A stretch of 64,000 bases of DNA, from assembly GCA_050613775.1 (NCBI GenBank), contig JBODTK010000001.1, forward strand, positions 248,001 to 312,000, given 5' to 3'. The stretch is from Neocallimastix sp. 'constans' (lineage: Eukaryota). Under the pieces are notes generated by a model that was not told the origin of the DNA, searched no databases, and saw nothing but the letters and a program-made list of their open reading frames with translations. The position numbers were made by a program, and so were the translations under genes. Shown piece by piece: positions 26,560 through 40,942 of the stretch (positions are counted from its first letter, which is position 1; every line of letters starts with the position of its first letter).

Positions 26560-29110
26560 TTAGTTGCAAACACAATCTTGTTTTTTAATTAATACGTCTT
26601 CACATTTTCTATTTTCTATTTTACGAAGAAGAGATTTTCCCCAAATAGTAACACTCTTGAATTCTTTAGCATCGATAGTGACAGTACTGTTCTTACTTTG
26701 TTTTTGACTTCTTTTAGAAAGGAAATCATTGTTCTGTAGATCAATATCTTCTTTCCAGAGTCTTTCCTTTTCTTCTAACCATTCATCTAATCTTCCTGGG
26801 TTTTCATTATTTCGTTTTGCATTTTTATTCACTTTAACTTTTGATATTTCCATACTCTTAATACCATAATTATCTTTTTCATGGGGTTCAAGTTTAATAT
26901 CAAAGTTTAATAAATCTTTAAAAGTGGCATGAATATCGAAAGATGAAATTAATTTTTGTTCATTCTCATCTAAATTTTGTCTCAATTCTGGATAATCATT
27001 TAAGAAACGTTCTGGAATAAGGGTAGTTAAGAAAGGTAATTTATGTTCTACAAAACCTTGTTTAGAGAATAAAAAGCGGAATCCTACATGTAACCCATGA
27101 TCACTTACCATGAAAATAGCTGTACGATTTAAGGTTTCATCATCTAAAGATCCAATTAAATCAGCAAGATCACCATCTATTAATTTTAATACTGAAGCGG
27201 TACTTTCATGAGCTTCAATGAAAGTAGTACGGAAGAACCATGGATTAGTACCATCATAAGTTTTAATAAAGTCCTTGGTATAATCTACAGCATATTGATG
27301 TACATATCTTCCAGTAAGACAACGTCTAAGAATGGAGTAAGGTCCTTTGAAATTACCAAATGGAAAACCAGTACGTGGATGATATTCTGGTAAACAAAAT
27401 GGAGCTAATAAATCATGATCATATGAAACTTTGGCACGATGGTTATAACTTGAATCTATATTATTTAATAAAAAAAACCATTAACAATTAACAACAATAA
27501 TATTTATTAAAATGATTTATATTCATAATAATTTTAATTTAGATTAAATTATATATCATTTTAAAATAAAATATTAATAATATATATAGAAATTAAAATA
27601 AAAAATATTTATATAAATAAATAAAAAAATAAAAATATATATATATATATATATATTTATAATACTAATAATACATATATAGAAATTAAAATGAAAAAAT
27701 ATATATATATATAAATTATATATATATAATACTAATAATATATATATAGAAATTAAAATAAAAAAAATATATATATATATAAAATTATATATATATATAT
27801 ATATTTATATACATCTATTTACCCCAATCTTCACATTGATCATTTGTTTCACCTGCAACATAACCATTATTCCTATAATCTTCCCAAATAGGTAAACCAC
27901 TTTTTCCTTTAGTAACTCGAACACCAGCGAATAAACCTAATGAATTTGGATTGGTATTAAAACCAACAACACCATAACGGAAGAATTGATTTAAATGCAT
28001 TTTACCCGATTTATGTAATGCTTCCATTTTTTTCTGAGTTTTTGGAAGACTTCTGAAAAATTGAGGACGACTCATCGCATCAATAAAAATTAATAAAATA
28101 TTTAATTTATCCTTGGGTTGAGGTCCCTTTACTGGCTTAACTCTTCTTCCGGCCACACGTACCACCAATTTATCATGGTTACCACATTTAGCAAGGACCG
28201 CTTCAACGTCTGGAAGAGCAACAGGTTCCGTATAGTTAAATACACTAACATCTATTCTTCTGTTGACACTTCTTCTTAAAGCGGTCTTTTTTCTTTCCTT
28301 AATATTCATAGTACGAGTTTCTGGAAGTACTGCATAAGACATTGGAAGATCTTCTGGACAGTCAACAATTGTAAATTTATTTTCATTTTCGGAATCAAAA
28401 TAAGCATTAAAAACTTCTTTTCTGTCACAACTTTCTGATCCTGTCCAAATGTTTTGACGTACTGGAAGTAAATCAAACCATGGAATAGTCCTTCTCACCT
28501 TACAAAGATTTTCCCCATCTTCAATTTTTTTATTTAAGAATCCAGTTTCCCAAACACTTTCAAGATGTCTAAGAGTAAAGAAGGATATGAAGGAAATAAA
28601 AAACGCAAATATACAAATTTGCTTTACGAATTTATTTAATTCTACTAAAGTATACCATTTATAGATAATTAATGATAGAGTATCAAAAATAACAATGAAT
28701 ATACAGAATACCATAAAGTTGTACATGCCGTGAAATCTAAATCGTTCCCCATGGTCATAGTGGAAAGCACCCACTAAGGATATTATCATGATAATATAAA
28801 GGAGAGCCTTTACTCTCTTTCTAACTTTCATAAATGCTATAGTCCATAAACATAAACTATAAAAAACAAATGAAATTATAAGTAGCGTACTAAGTTTAAA
28901 TAAATTTCTTTTTATAAATTCTAATTTTCCTCCTTCTAAACTTCTTTTATAAAATACAATCCACAATATATAAAAAACTCCAAAAATTACAAAAATTTTT
29001 TTATTATGTTTCTTAACATAATTATCATGTTTTGTTTTTATGTTGTCATCATCCTTTTCATTCAACATAAGTGGATAGATATCAACTTCTATAGGTACAT
29101 ACTCTGACAT
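26560..29110 (-). CDS. Membrane-anchored DUF229-like / alkaline phosphatase-sulfatase superfamily protein; 2 exons (29110-27823, 27455-26560)
   Basis: N-terminal multi-TM region, then NILLIFIDAMSRPQFFRSLPKT, FIEAHE and FMVSDHG metal-binding motifs. A GT-AG intron at 27822-27456 joins CEDW-D-SSYNH... in frame into ORF 26560..27111. ATG start (MSEYVP) at 29110. Confidence 0.88.
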
Positions 29111-29835
29111 TATTTCGTTTATTGAATAATTTATCAAATTATGATTATATACATATTTAAAGTCCAAAAAGATATAAAAATATAAATAAGTATATATATA
29201 TTTTTTTTTTTTTTAATTATGAATATATATATATATTAAATTCCAATTATAAATAAGTATATATATATATATATATTTTTTTTTTTTAATTATGAATATA
29301 TATATATATTAAATTCCAATTATGATATAAATGTTAATCTTTTGTTTATTGTTGATAATATTTAAATATCTATCTATATTTTCTATTAAAGCATAAAATC
29401 AACGAACAAAATGTTCTAATAAATATTATATAAATAATAATTTTAATAATAATAAATAAAAAAAAATATAAAAAAAAAATAAAAAAAAATAAAAAAAATA
29501 AAATATATATATATATATATAATTCTGATAATTTAAAAAAAAAAAAAAAAAAAAAAGGGTTTATAATATATAAAATTATATTGTTAATTACATATATAAT
29601 TTTTATTTTAATTTATTCGTTAAAAATTCCTATATAATAATTTTTAATTTAAATAATATTTGTTTATTTTTTATTTTATTTTATTTTTTTTTTTTTTTTT
29701 TGGACCTCATTAATATAATTATTAATTTATTAATATATTTATTCATTAATTAATATTTATTAATTCATTCATTAGTATTATTTATTATTATTTTATTCAT
29801 TCATTCACTTATTAAGATAAACAATTTTTCCATAC

Positions 29836-30232
29836 TTTTTTTTTTTTTATTTTATTTTAGGTGTGTATCGCCCTCCTCAAGGGTATGAGAATATTGAGGT
29901 AGCTACAGCACTTCAATATGTTTTTGCCTAGGCAGATAATATCCCTGCTGGATGGCCTTACTGAGTGTTCAGCATTTACGTCCATATTATTATTGAGAAT
30001 TTTTCTATTACGCTTTTTCACGGAATGTTTCTCCAGTTCTTAACTTCCCTATAAATTGAAGTCAATATAACCTAACTCAATGAGATATGTACAAGATTCC
30101 AATATAAGTTAGAAAGATTGTAATTTAATTGGGAAGAATATATCTACATAATATATACCCCGAACGAACTAGGAGTCTTATGTATGCTAGTCCGCCAACT
30201 AACAAGCAGGATAAAACCCGGTTCGGATATTT
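29836..30232 (-). mobile_element. Repeat family A, copy 2
   Basis: Homologous to 2207-2720; T-tract at left; flanked by a degenerate direct repeat tttttccatacttt / tttatccacacttt consistent with a TSD. Confidence 0.65.
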
Positions 30233-31497
30233 ATCCACACTTTACAATTTTTTTTATTTACTTAGTTATTATTTTTATTTATTTATTATTTATGTAATAA
30301 TTTTGTAATTCATTTATTATTTCTTGATATTACTATTTATTGATTGATTTAGTATTATTACTATTCATTCATTATTAATATTATCTTACTTTATATTAAT
30401 ATTACTATTTATTCATTCATTAGCTTTGTTAACTAGAATTATTCATTAGTATTATTATTCATTTAATTATTAATAATATTTCGTGATATTATATTAATTA
30501 TGGTGTATGGAATGAATGATAATGAAAATGACATTTCCAGAATGTAGTAAATGACATAAATTACTAACTACTGTAGTTTAACTTTAGACCTATAGAAAGC
30601 ATACTGAATAAAATGGTTAAAAAGAATGAACTATTTAACAATGAATGCATGAAATTCAAATTCAATGCAAGCAAATGAACAGCAAATGAACAGCAAATGA
30701 ACAGCAAATGAAATTTACTTGTTCATTAAATTTATTTTATTCAATTATTAAATTTCCTTTTCCTATTATTTTTTTCTTTTTTTGGAATGTTGGAGACATT
30801 AACTAGTAATTAGATAAATATTAAATTTAATTAATTTTATATAATAATGTTTAAGTTTTCTTTTTTTTGGTATAAAGTTTATTAAGTACAAACTTTAATT
30901 AATAGAATAATTTTTCAAATTCTCAATTTGTATTTAATATGTACATTTATAACCATATTAATTACCATTTATGTAATTCTATTATAAATAATCCATCCAT
31001 TGCATTATATATTATAAATTAAATTGTACAATAAAGGAAAATTATAAATATATCAAACTTGATTAAATATATACAATTTAATATACAATTAAAAAAAAAA
31101 TTAAATTTAATTAATTAAAAAAAAATAAATAATTTTAAGTATTATTAATCAGATTATTTACTATGATAACTAATGATTTCTATTATAGAGAAAAAAAAAG
31201 GCTATTTGGATAACTTTTTTTATTTATATTTTATTATTTATATTTTATAATTTACATTATTTAACATTTTTTTATTTATATTTTTTTATTTATATTTTAT
31301 TATTTATATTTTATTCTTTATATTTATTATTTATTAAATAATAATAATAATAATAAATATTAATAAATATTTCTGTTTTCTATTTTCATTACTTTTTTTT
31401 TAATATTTCCAAAAAAGCGTAATTTATACAAATTATATAAAAGTTTAGGTATTATAGTTTATATAAAGAGATGGTGTAGTTTTATCTGTAGTTTGAC

Positions 31498-32292
31498 ATC
31501 GATATTTATAGTGTAGGATTATTTATACTCAAATTTGATATTGATATTTATAGTGTAGGATTATTTATACTCAAATTTGATATTGATATTGATATAAAGC
31601 AAATATGTGTAGTAAACATATTTGTATATTTGAATATTTGTATATTCAGATATTAAATTTATATCTTATTATTTATAATAATTTATATTATTATATATTT
31701 TATATTATTATTTATATTTTATATTATTTATATTTTGTATTATTATTTATATTTATATATTATTTATATTTTGTATATATTATTTATATTCCTTATATAT
31801 ATTTTATAAATATTAAATTATACTTCTTATTTTAAATTATTAAAGTTAATAATTATTAAAGTATATATAATTAATATAATAGTTTATATTATTGATAGAT
31901 TATTCATATTAAAATATTATTATTTATTTATATATATATTATATTTATATATATATATTTAATTATAATAATTATATATTATTAATACTTTACAGTATAA
32001 TTCATATTAACTCTTATTCTTGATTTTGTTTTTCTTTAGTAGAAGTAATATTGTAATTATAAAATAATAATAAAAATTATTAATAACTCAAATACACTTA
32101 TTAAACCAGCTACAACATAAAGAATATCACATTAATACTTATAGTGTAGGATTATTTATACTCAAATTTGATATTGATATTAATAGTGTAGGATTATTTA
32201 TACTCAAATTTGATATTGATATTAATAGTGTAGGATTATTTATACTCAAATTTGATATTGATATTTATAGTGTAGGATTATTTATACTCAAG
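31498..32292. repeat. ~43-bp repeat (atagtgtaggattatttatactcaaatttgatattgatatt), clustered at 31498-31595 and 32140-32292
   Basis: Directly visible tandem copies. Confidence 0.8.
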
Positions 32293-33049
32293 CTAACAGA
32301 TTTAAGGCATCCAAACATCATTAGCCTATGTTGATTGTTTATATATATATATATATTAACTATAGTATAGTTAATATATACATAATAATAATATAATCAA
32401 TATATTAAAATAATAATACTAATAATATAACTAGGCTAATAGTTATATGGTTGTATAAGCTAGTTCTATTATACACCAATAATATAGCTAAAATATAATA
32501 ATCACGTGACTTTTAATAGTGTAGTTTTAGCATAAATATGGCAACAAACTAGCCTGAGTAAACCAAACTGCATGTAAGTAGTTGGATAATAATATACGCA
32601 TAGATATCATTATAGCAACAACATAGTTAATAGTTCATTACTATATTATAGTAAACTAATATGCTAAATATACTAGTTTATAGCTATATTAATATTATAA
32701 TCTGTTTAATGTATTAATTATATTATTATTTTAAATATATTAATATTATTATTTTAAATATATTAATATTATTATTTTATTTAAGATTTCTCTTATTTAT
32801 ATTTTATTTATTTTAATATATTTTATTATTATTATTTCAATATTATTTATATTTATTATTTATATTTTTATACAAATAATAAATATAAAATAATTATAGT
32901 AAATATGAATATATATATATAAGATTATTCTATCATCTTGAAGTTTTATATATATTAGTTTATTCTATTATCTTTGAGTTGTAAAAGTAGAAATTATGAA
33001 CATTTCAAACTTTTTATTTATTTAAATATTATACACTTAAATATATTAA

Positions 33050-33410
33050 TATATATTTAAAGATACAATTTAATATACAGTTACATATATTAAATTTACT
33101 TATTTAAATATACAATTTAACATATAGTTAAATAGATTAAATTTACTAATTTAAATATTTAATTTTATATATAGTTAAATAGATTAAATTTACTTATTTA
33201 AATATACAATTTAATATATAGTTAAATAGATTAAATTGACTTTAAAAATATATTTAAATATACAATTTAATATATAGTTAAATAGATTAAATTGACTTTA
33301 AAAATATATTTAAATATACAATTTAATATATAGTTAAATAGATTAAATTTACTTTAAAAATATATTTAAATATACAATTTAATATATAGTTAAATAGATT
33401 AAATTGACTT
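33050..33410. repeat. Tandem repeat, ~50-57-bp unit (aaatatacaatttaatatatagttaaatagattaaatt...)
   Basis: Directly visible. Confidence 0.85.
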
Positions 33411-33844
33411 CAATAATAAAATATCGATAATTAATCATATATGATGAGAATAGAAAAAAGAAAAAAAGAATAATTAATCCTTTTGTTTCTTATTACATTA
33501 ATAGAATTAATTATTTTTTTTTTTATAAATTATTTCATTAATAGAATAGATAGATATGTATATATAAGTATATATTAAGTTTCTTTCCCTCATCTTAAAG
33601 TTGTTAAAAGTGAACTTTCATTATTGAAATATTGACATCTTTGTCCAACATTTAATTAGGATATTTATAGTTATATGCATACTCCATATTACCAAATAAT
33701 AATAATATTATTATTTTTTATTATTAATTATCATGAATAAGAAGCTTTCAAAAAAAAAAAAAAAAATCATTTTATTAAATTTTAACTTTTTTATAATTTA
33801 TTAAAGAATGACTTTTAATAAAAAAAAAAAAAAAACTTCTGTAA

Positions 33845-33957
33845 TTTTTTAAGCGTCGCCATCGGTAAAGTAGACAGGTTCGGTATCTCTTATTGAGGAG
33901 TTTTTTAAGCGTCGCCATCGGTAAAGTAGACAGGTTCGGTATCTTTTATTGAGGAGA
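33845..33957. repeat. ~57-bp tandem duplication (aagcgtcgccatcggtaaagtagacaggttcggtatc...gaggag) x2
   Basis: Directly visible; the preceding block 33660-33860 is also repeated at 35010-35410. Confidence 0.8.
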
Positions 33958-36169
33958 AGTTAGATTATTTATTTATTACTATATCTTTTATTTATTTATT
34001 TATTTATTCATTCATTCATTTATTTTATAATTTAAATTTATTTATTTAAATACTAAATTTTATAAATTCATCGTTTAATATTATTATACTAGTTTTATAA
34101 ATAAAAATATATATATGGCCATTTTACTATGATAATTTTAATTGCATTGAATTGCAAAGAATACATATAAAGTAAAAGTATTTTTTATATAATACTCTTT
34201 CTCTTTAATTATAAACTATTTTAAAATAATAAGAATTAAATATTTAGTTAAATATTATAAAAAGTATATTATAAATAATAAAATATTTATAATACATAGA
34301 ACATATAAAAATATAATATAAAAAAAATATAATAAAAATAATTAAAATGAAAAAAAAATAAAACATAAATTTTATGTAAATAATTTATAAATTAATTATG
34401 TTATAAATTTTATGTTTAAATTAATTTTATGTATTTTATATTATATTACATAAATTTATTTTATATCACGTTATTTTTATAAATCATTTGATAATTAATC
34501 TGATATGCAGGACTTTTATGTGAAATAATTTATAAGCAGTGGGTTTTTAAAATAATAGTTGTTTAGTAAATTTTATTAATAAATTTATAATATTCGTAAT
34601 TACAATTAAAATAATAATTCTAATTCCTAAAATTTACAAGAAAGTCTTCTATTTCTAATATAAATAATTTAATCTATTTATAAGAAATAGGTAATCTATT
34701 AATTATATATTCTAATATATAGAAATATATAAATTTTATATGAATTAAAGTATTATAATTATTATAATTATAATAATACATATTGAAATAAAATAAAATA
34801 AAATAATTATTATCAAAAAGATATAAGTTTAATATTTAATTATTATTATTAAATATACAAATATGTTAACTACACCTATTTGTTTTATATCAAATAAAGT
34901 GATAATTTAATGCTTATTAATTTATTTTTATGTAATGAATGATTAATAAAATAATTTATTAATAATTAAAGTTTTTATTTTCATTTTTATATTCACTTTT
35001 TAATAATTTATCTAACAATGACTTTTAATTAAAAAAAAAAAAAATTTTGGTTATTTTTTAAGCGTCGCCATCTAATCTTTTCTTTTTATTATTATCATTA
35101 ATATTGTAATTACCAAATATTATTTTTATTATTAATTATCATGAATAAGAAGCTTTCAAAAAAAAAAAAAAAAAACATTTTATTAAATTTAAACTTTTTT
35201 ATAATTTATTAAAATATTTATAGTTATATGCATACTCCATATTACCAAATAATAATAATATTATTATTTTTTATTATTAATTATCGAACTTTCAAAAAAA
35301 AAAAAAAAATTAAATTTTAACTTTTTTTATAATTTATATGAGAATGACTTTTAATAAAAAAAATATTCGTTAAATTTGGTAATTTTTTAAGGGTCACCAT
35401 CTAATCTTTTTCCGGAGTTCAATTCCACCTTACCACCCATTATAATCCATTTGACAGCCTAACCCTAAATCGAACAAGTCATCGTCTACACTATGATCGT
35501 GCTTCTCAGTTGTACGCCTGAAGGGGGGTGATTCCTAAGTATTGTAAATCGGGGAAGTTGCATTACGCCAATTTTTTTCACGTGATATATATAAATTTGT
35601 GGCTATAGCTATATTATACTACATAATATTATTTTATTTTATTATTTTGTTATTTCAATTTTTAAATTAATTATTAAGTGAATAATTAAATAAATCATAT
35701 AATGGTTAGATTTTATGATTTTAATTCTTTTTTTTTAATAATAATTCTTTTATTTAAATGTTATTAAAAATATAAATATTATTAATTATTTTACTTAAAT
35801 GTTATTAATAAAAAAAACACATAAAAATATAAATGCTATTAATAATAATTCTTTTACTTAAATGTTATTAAAAATATAAAACTAATAATAATAATTTTTT
35901 TATTTAAATTTTATTAATAAAAAAATTATATAAAATTACAAATGTTATTAAAAATATAAATTTTATTAATAATAATTCTTTTTTTTTTAAAAATTATTAA
36001 GTGAAATAATAATTATAATGATAAAACTATAAATTATACATTGTATTTGAATATTTATTAAAACTGTATAAATTTAATATGCTTTATAAATTAAATTATT
36101 GAATGACAGAATTCTGATTATTTCATTTGGTCATTCCTCATTTCTTAATTATTTATTATAAAGTAATAT

Positions 36170-37600
36170 TTATATTATATTATTTAAATTAGTTAAACAA
36201 TCAAACCACAAATTAATAATTTTATTTCTATCACATTTAGCATCAATTAATTTGGCTTCAATACTTTTGAAGCGTTCAATTAAGACACTGATTTCGTTAG
36301 CTTTATTTATTGCTCTTTTTTTTATTTTCCAAATTCCTCTTATTTTTCTTTGATAATCGATAATCATAATATGATAAATGTTCAAGTTCATTTAATTTAT
36401 CTATTAATTCATAAAAAGATGGTTTTGTTGGAAATAAATTATTTAAATAATTATTGAGTGATTCTGAGGCATTGTTTGTTATATGTTCTATATTATTATA
36501 ATAATTCCAAATTTTCATATCATAATCAATTAAATATGTTTTATAAAAATATTCTAAAAATTTTAAAAATTGACAATAATTATTTTTAATGGATTTAATT
36601 TTAATTATAACATAAATATCAAATATATATTCAGGATTTATAAATGGTAAATTTAAAATAGCTTTATAATAAATAAATATATTATTATTATTTTTTACTT
36701 CATTATAGCATAATTTATTTTTTTTAATTTCTAGTGATTTTTTATAATGCCAAATGCAATATTTAATATTTGTATTAGGAAATATTGTTTTTGCTGCTTT
36801 AGATATGGCCCTTTCAAAATCACAATGCAAATTTTTTGGTTCAATTCTAATATTATTGTTACATGTATTAGCATTTTTTTCAATTTTTCAAATAACATTT
36901 TATATGTTTCTTGTTCTTTATTTTTTAATATTGCAAAAGAAGTAGTGTAAAAACTATCTAATTCTTTAGCATAAGTTCTTGTAATAAATACTTGATAACT
37001 AAATTTAGGGGCGATAAAAAATGTACCATCAACAAATATATCATCATTATATTCCCTAAATAATTTTGCTTGAAAAGGGGATTGAAAAATTATTAAATTA
37101 GAATTTTTGAATATCATAAAATTTTCACCTCGCTTTGTATTATAATATTCAGATTCACTTGGAATTTCAGCAAATGTTGTTACATTGGATGGTAGTTTTT
37201 TATTTAAATTTCTTGATATTTGGGATTTAATTGAATTATATTCTGGACATATAAGTCCCATTTCTTTAGAAATTTTATTATATAGGGGTTTTATTTTTAT
37301 ACCAAAAGGAATTGAACTTTTTTCAATTCCATCTTTAATTTTATGTTTCATTATAGATAGGGATACATCGTATTCATTTTCAGGATGATTATGTGAACTA
37401 TTATACTTTAAAATTTCTTTCTTATCATTTAAAATAATAAAAGATTTACATTTATTTATTTTTTTATATTCTGTACATTTATACACTTTGGAATTATCTT
37501 TTCTTTTATATGAAAAATTAAATTTATATTTTTTATTAATAATAATTTGTTCTTTTCCTTTGTTGGATTCACTTATATCAATAATTAAATTTTCTTCCAT
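36170..37600 (-). pseudogene. MULE transposase with FLYWCH-like N-terminus, frameshifted into three ORFs
   Basis: YKC...CKS...HNH zinc finger, IFVDGTF, HCDFERAI, CIWH and TNNASESLN motifs in ORFs 36731..37600, 36303..36830 and 36170..36391. Confidence 0.9.
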
Positions 37601-38049
37601 TTCTATATTTTTATAAATATTTTTTAATTATATAATTATAATTATTATATTAATTATCCAATATTATTCGTAATATTAATTTTGAAAAATTAGTTTTTCA
37701 ATTATTTGTAAAATAAATAAATAAATAAATAAAGAATGTAATAATATAAGTACAAGTATATAAAATAAAATAAATATTAAATGTAATATTATAAAAGTAC
37801 AAGTATATATAATAAAATAAATATTTATTATTTTTTTTTATTAAAGAATATTAAAGACAATTTATTTTTAAAAATAAAATGTTTTATTTAATTATATATG
37901 TTAGAAAGCAAAAAATCATTTATATTTAATGAGATTATTAACTACCAATAATATTAAACTACATCATTAATTGAATATAATAAAAATGTAAAAATTTTTC
38001 ATTTCGAAAACATTGATCTTTAATATTCTTTAATAAAAATTAATAATAG

Positions 38050-40020
38050 ATATTTATTTTATTTTATTTTATTTTATTTTATTTTATTCAATCTGTACTT
38101 TATTTTTAATATTCTACTATTTATTTTATTTTATTTTATTTTTATTAATACTTTATTCTTTTATATTACTTCATTATTTATTTTATTTTATTTTATTTTA
38201 TTTTATTTTATTTTATTTTATTTTATTTTATTTTATTTTATTTTATTTTATTTTATTCAATCTGTACTTTATTTTTAATATTCTACTATTTATTTTATTT
38301 TATTTTATTTTATTTTTATTAATGCTTTATTCTTTTATATTACTTCACTATTTATTTTATTTTATTTAATTTTATTTTCTTTTCTTTTATTTTATTTTAT
38401 TTTATTTTATTTTATTTTATTTTATTTTATTTTATTTTATTTTATTTTATTTTATTTTATTTTATTTTATTTTATTTTATTTTATTTTATTTTATTTTAT
38501 TTTATTTTATTTTATTTTATTTTATTTTATTTTATTTTATTTTATTTTATTTTATTTTATTTTATTTTATTTTATTTTATTTTATTTTATTTTATTTTAT
38601 TTTATTTTATTTTATTTTATTTTATTTTATTTTATTTTATTTTATTCAATCTGTACTTTATTTTTAATATTCTACTATTTATTTTATTTTATTTTATTTT
38701 ATTTTATTTTTATTAATACTTTATTCTTTTATATTACTTCATTATTTATTTTATTTTATTTTATTTTATTTTATTTTTATTAATACTTTATTCTTTTATA
38801 TTACTTCACTATTTATTTTATTTTATTTAATTTTATTTTATTTTATTTTATTTTATTATATTATATTTTATTTTATTTTATTTTTATTAATGCTTTATTC
38901 TTTTATATTACTTCACTATTTATTTTATTTTATTTAATTTTATTTAATTTTATTTTATTTTATTTTATTTTATTTTATTTTATTTTTATTAATGCTTTAT
39001 TCTTTTATATTACTTCATTATTTATTTTATTTTATTTTATTTTATTTTATTCAATCTGTACTTTATTTTTAATATTCTACTATTTATTTTATTTTATTTT
39101 ATTTTATTTTTATTAATACTTTATTCTTTTATATAACTTCATTATTTATTTTATTTTATTTTATTTTATTTTATTTTATTTTATTTTATTTTATTTTATT
39201 TTATTTTATTTTATTTTTATTAATACTTTATTCTTTTATATTACTTCATTATTTATTTTATTTTATTTTATTTTATTTTATTTTATTTTATTCAATCTGT
39301 ACTTTATTTTTAATATTCTACTATTTATTTTATTTTATTTTATTTTATTTTATTTTTATTAATACTTTATTCTTTTATATTACTTCATTATTTATTTTAT
39401 TTTATTTTATTTTATTTTATTTTATTTTATTTTATTTTATTTTTATTAATGCTTTATTCTTTTATATTACTTCACTATTTATTTTATTTTATTTAATTTT
39501 ATTTTATTTTATTTTATTTTATTAAATATGTACTTTATATTCACATTCTACTATTTATTTTATTTTATTAAATATGTACTTTATATTCATATTCTACTAT
39601 TTATTTTATTTTATTTTATTAAATATGTACTTTATATTCATATTCTACTATTTATTTTATTTTATTTTATTAAATATGTACTTTATATTCATATTCTACT
39701 ATTTATTTTATTTTATCTTATTAAATATGTACTTTATATTCATATTCTACTATTTATTTTATTTTATCTTATTAAATATGTACTTTATATTCATATTCTA
39801 CTATTTATTTTATTTTATTTTATTAAATATGTACTTTATATTCATATTCTACTATTTATTTTATTTTATCTTATTAAATATGTACTTTATATTCATATTC
39901 TACTATTTATTTTATTTTATCTTATTAAATATGTACTTTATATTCATATTCTACTATTTATTTTATTTTATTTTATATTATTTTATTTTATTCAATCTGT
40001 ACTTTATATTCATATTCTAC
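38050..40020. repeat. (TTTTA)n microsatellite and ~54-bp minisatellite inside the MULE
   Basis: Directly visible; source of spurious ORFs 39528 and 39574. Confidence 0.9.
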
Positions 40021-40490
40021 TAATTATATTCTTTATTTATTTATCTATTTATTTATTAATTTATACATTTATTTATTTTAAAATTAATTGTATTATAATT
40101 TTTTATGGCGTTAACAAAAAATTTTACAAGCCATTAAAAATAAATGGCGTATTGAAAATTTGTATTTTAAAAATTGGCGAAATGAACCACATTCTTGTAA
40201 ATCCTTATTAGTTAATGTATTCGCGTGTTCATCACGTGTTAGGATAGATTTCCTAATTTGGAGAAAGGTAATGAAGTAAATAAATAATGTTATAGTGTAT
40301 GTGGTTGTGGCTTGCCGTATCCATCATCTCCAAATTTTGTGGTTCTGTAATCCGTGACTGAGAGCGTCGACGCCGAAATGGTATGGCATGGGAGCACTTT
40401 GTTGTATCCTGATACACCCGCTATAAAGTTTGTCTGATATTAGTTGTCTGTTGTGGCTGGGATGATATGATCAAGACTTACAAGGGATAG

Positions 40491-40523
<33 letters not shown>

Positions 40524-40579
40524 ATCTAATCTTTTCTTTCTATTATTATCATTAATATTGTAATTATTTATTATTAAAA

Positions 40580-40637
<58 letters not shown>

Positions 40638-40638
40638 T

Positions 40639-40942
40639 GATGAGTTGCATTTCCCAAAGTTTTATTTCACCAAGTTGCAATTCATCAAGTGGCGTATTGA
40701 TATAAATAAATGAATAAAAATAATTTTTTTTTAATATTTAAATATTTACTTTAAAAATATAAATACATCAATGTTAAAAATATTTAATTTTATTTATTTA
40801 TTTATTTATTTATTTATCTATTTATCTATTTATTTATTTATCTATTTATTTATATATTCATCTATTTATTTATTTATTTATACAATTATTTATTTAATAA
40901 TTTTCAATTTGGTGAAATGCAACTTGACGAAATGCCCGACTC
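40639..40942. mobile_element. MULE-like MITE
   Basis: Left end gatgagttgcatttcccaaagttttatttcaccaag vs right end (reverse complement) gagtcgggcatttcgtcaagttgcatttcaccaaa; flanking 9-mers ttattattt / ctattattt. Confidence 0.65.

Larger units (their letters stand above)
35551..40194 (-). mobile_element. Mutator (MULE) DNA transposon
   Basis: Perfect 9-bp TSD ttgtaaatc (35542-35550 / 40195-40203); imperfect TIRs ggggaagttgcattacgccaattttt vs gaatgtggttcatttcgccaattttt (reverse complement of right end); internal MULE transposase. Confidence 0.92.
35411..40521 (+). mobile_element. Poly(A)-tailed SINE-like retroposon (35411-35550 plus 40204-40521), split by a Mutator insertion
   Basis: 14-bp TSD ccatctaatctttt (35397-35410 / 40522-40535); poly(A) 40495-40521; 5' end ggagttcaattcc resembles a tRNA T-arm/B-box; the empty-site sequence is present at 35068. 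Confidence 0.8.

Noticed and set aside
31498..33410. Regularly spaced repeats resembling a CRISPR array
   Set aside because: Head-to-tail tandem units without unique spacers; eukaryotic context; no cas genes.
35412..35440. tRNA gene
   Set aside because: Only a T-arm-like fragment, with no D or anticodon arm; treated as a SINE head.
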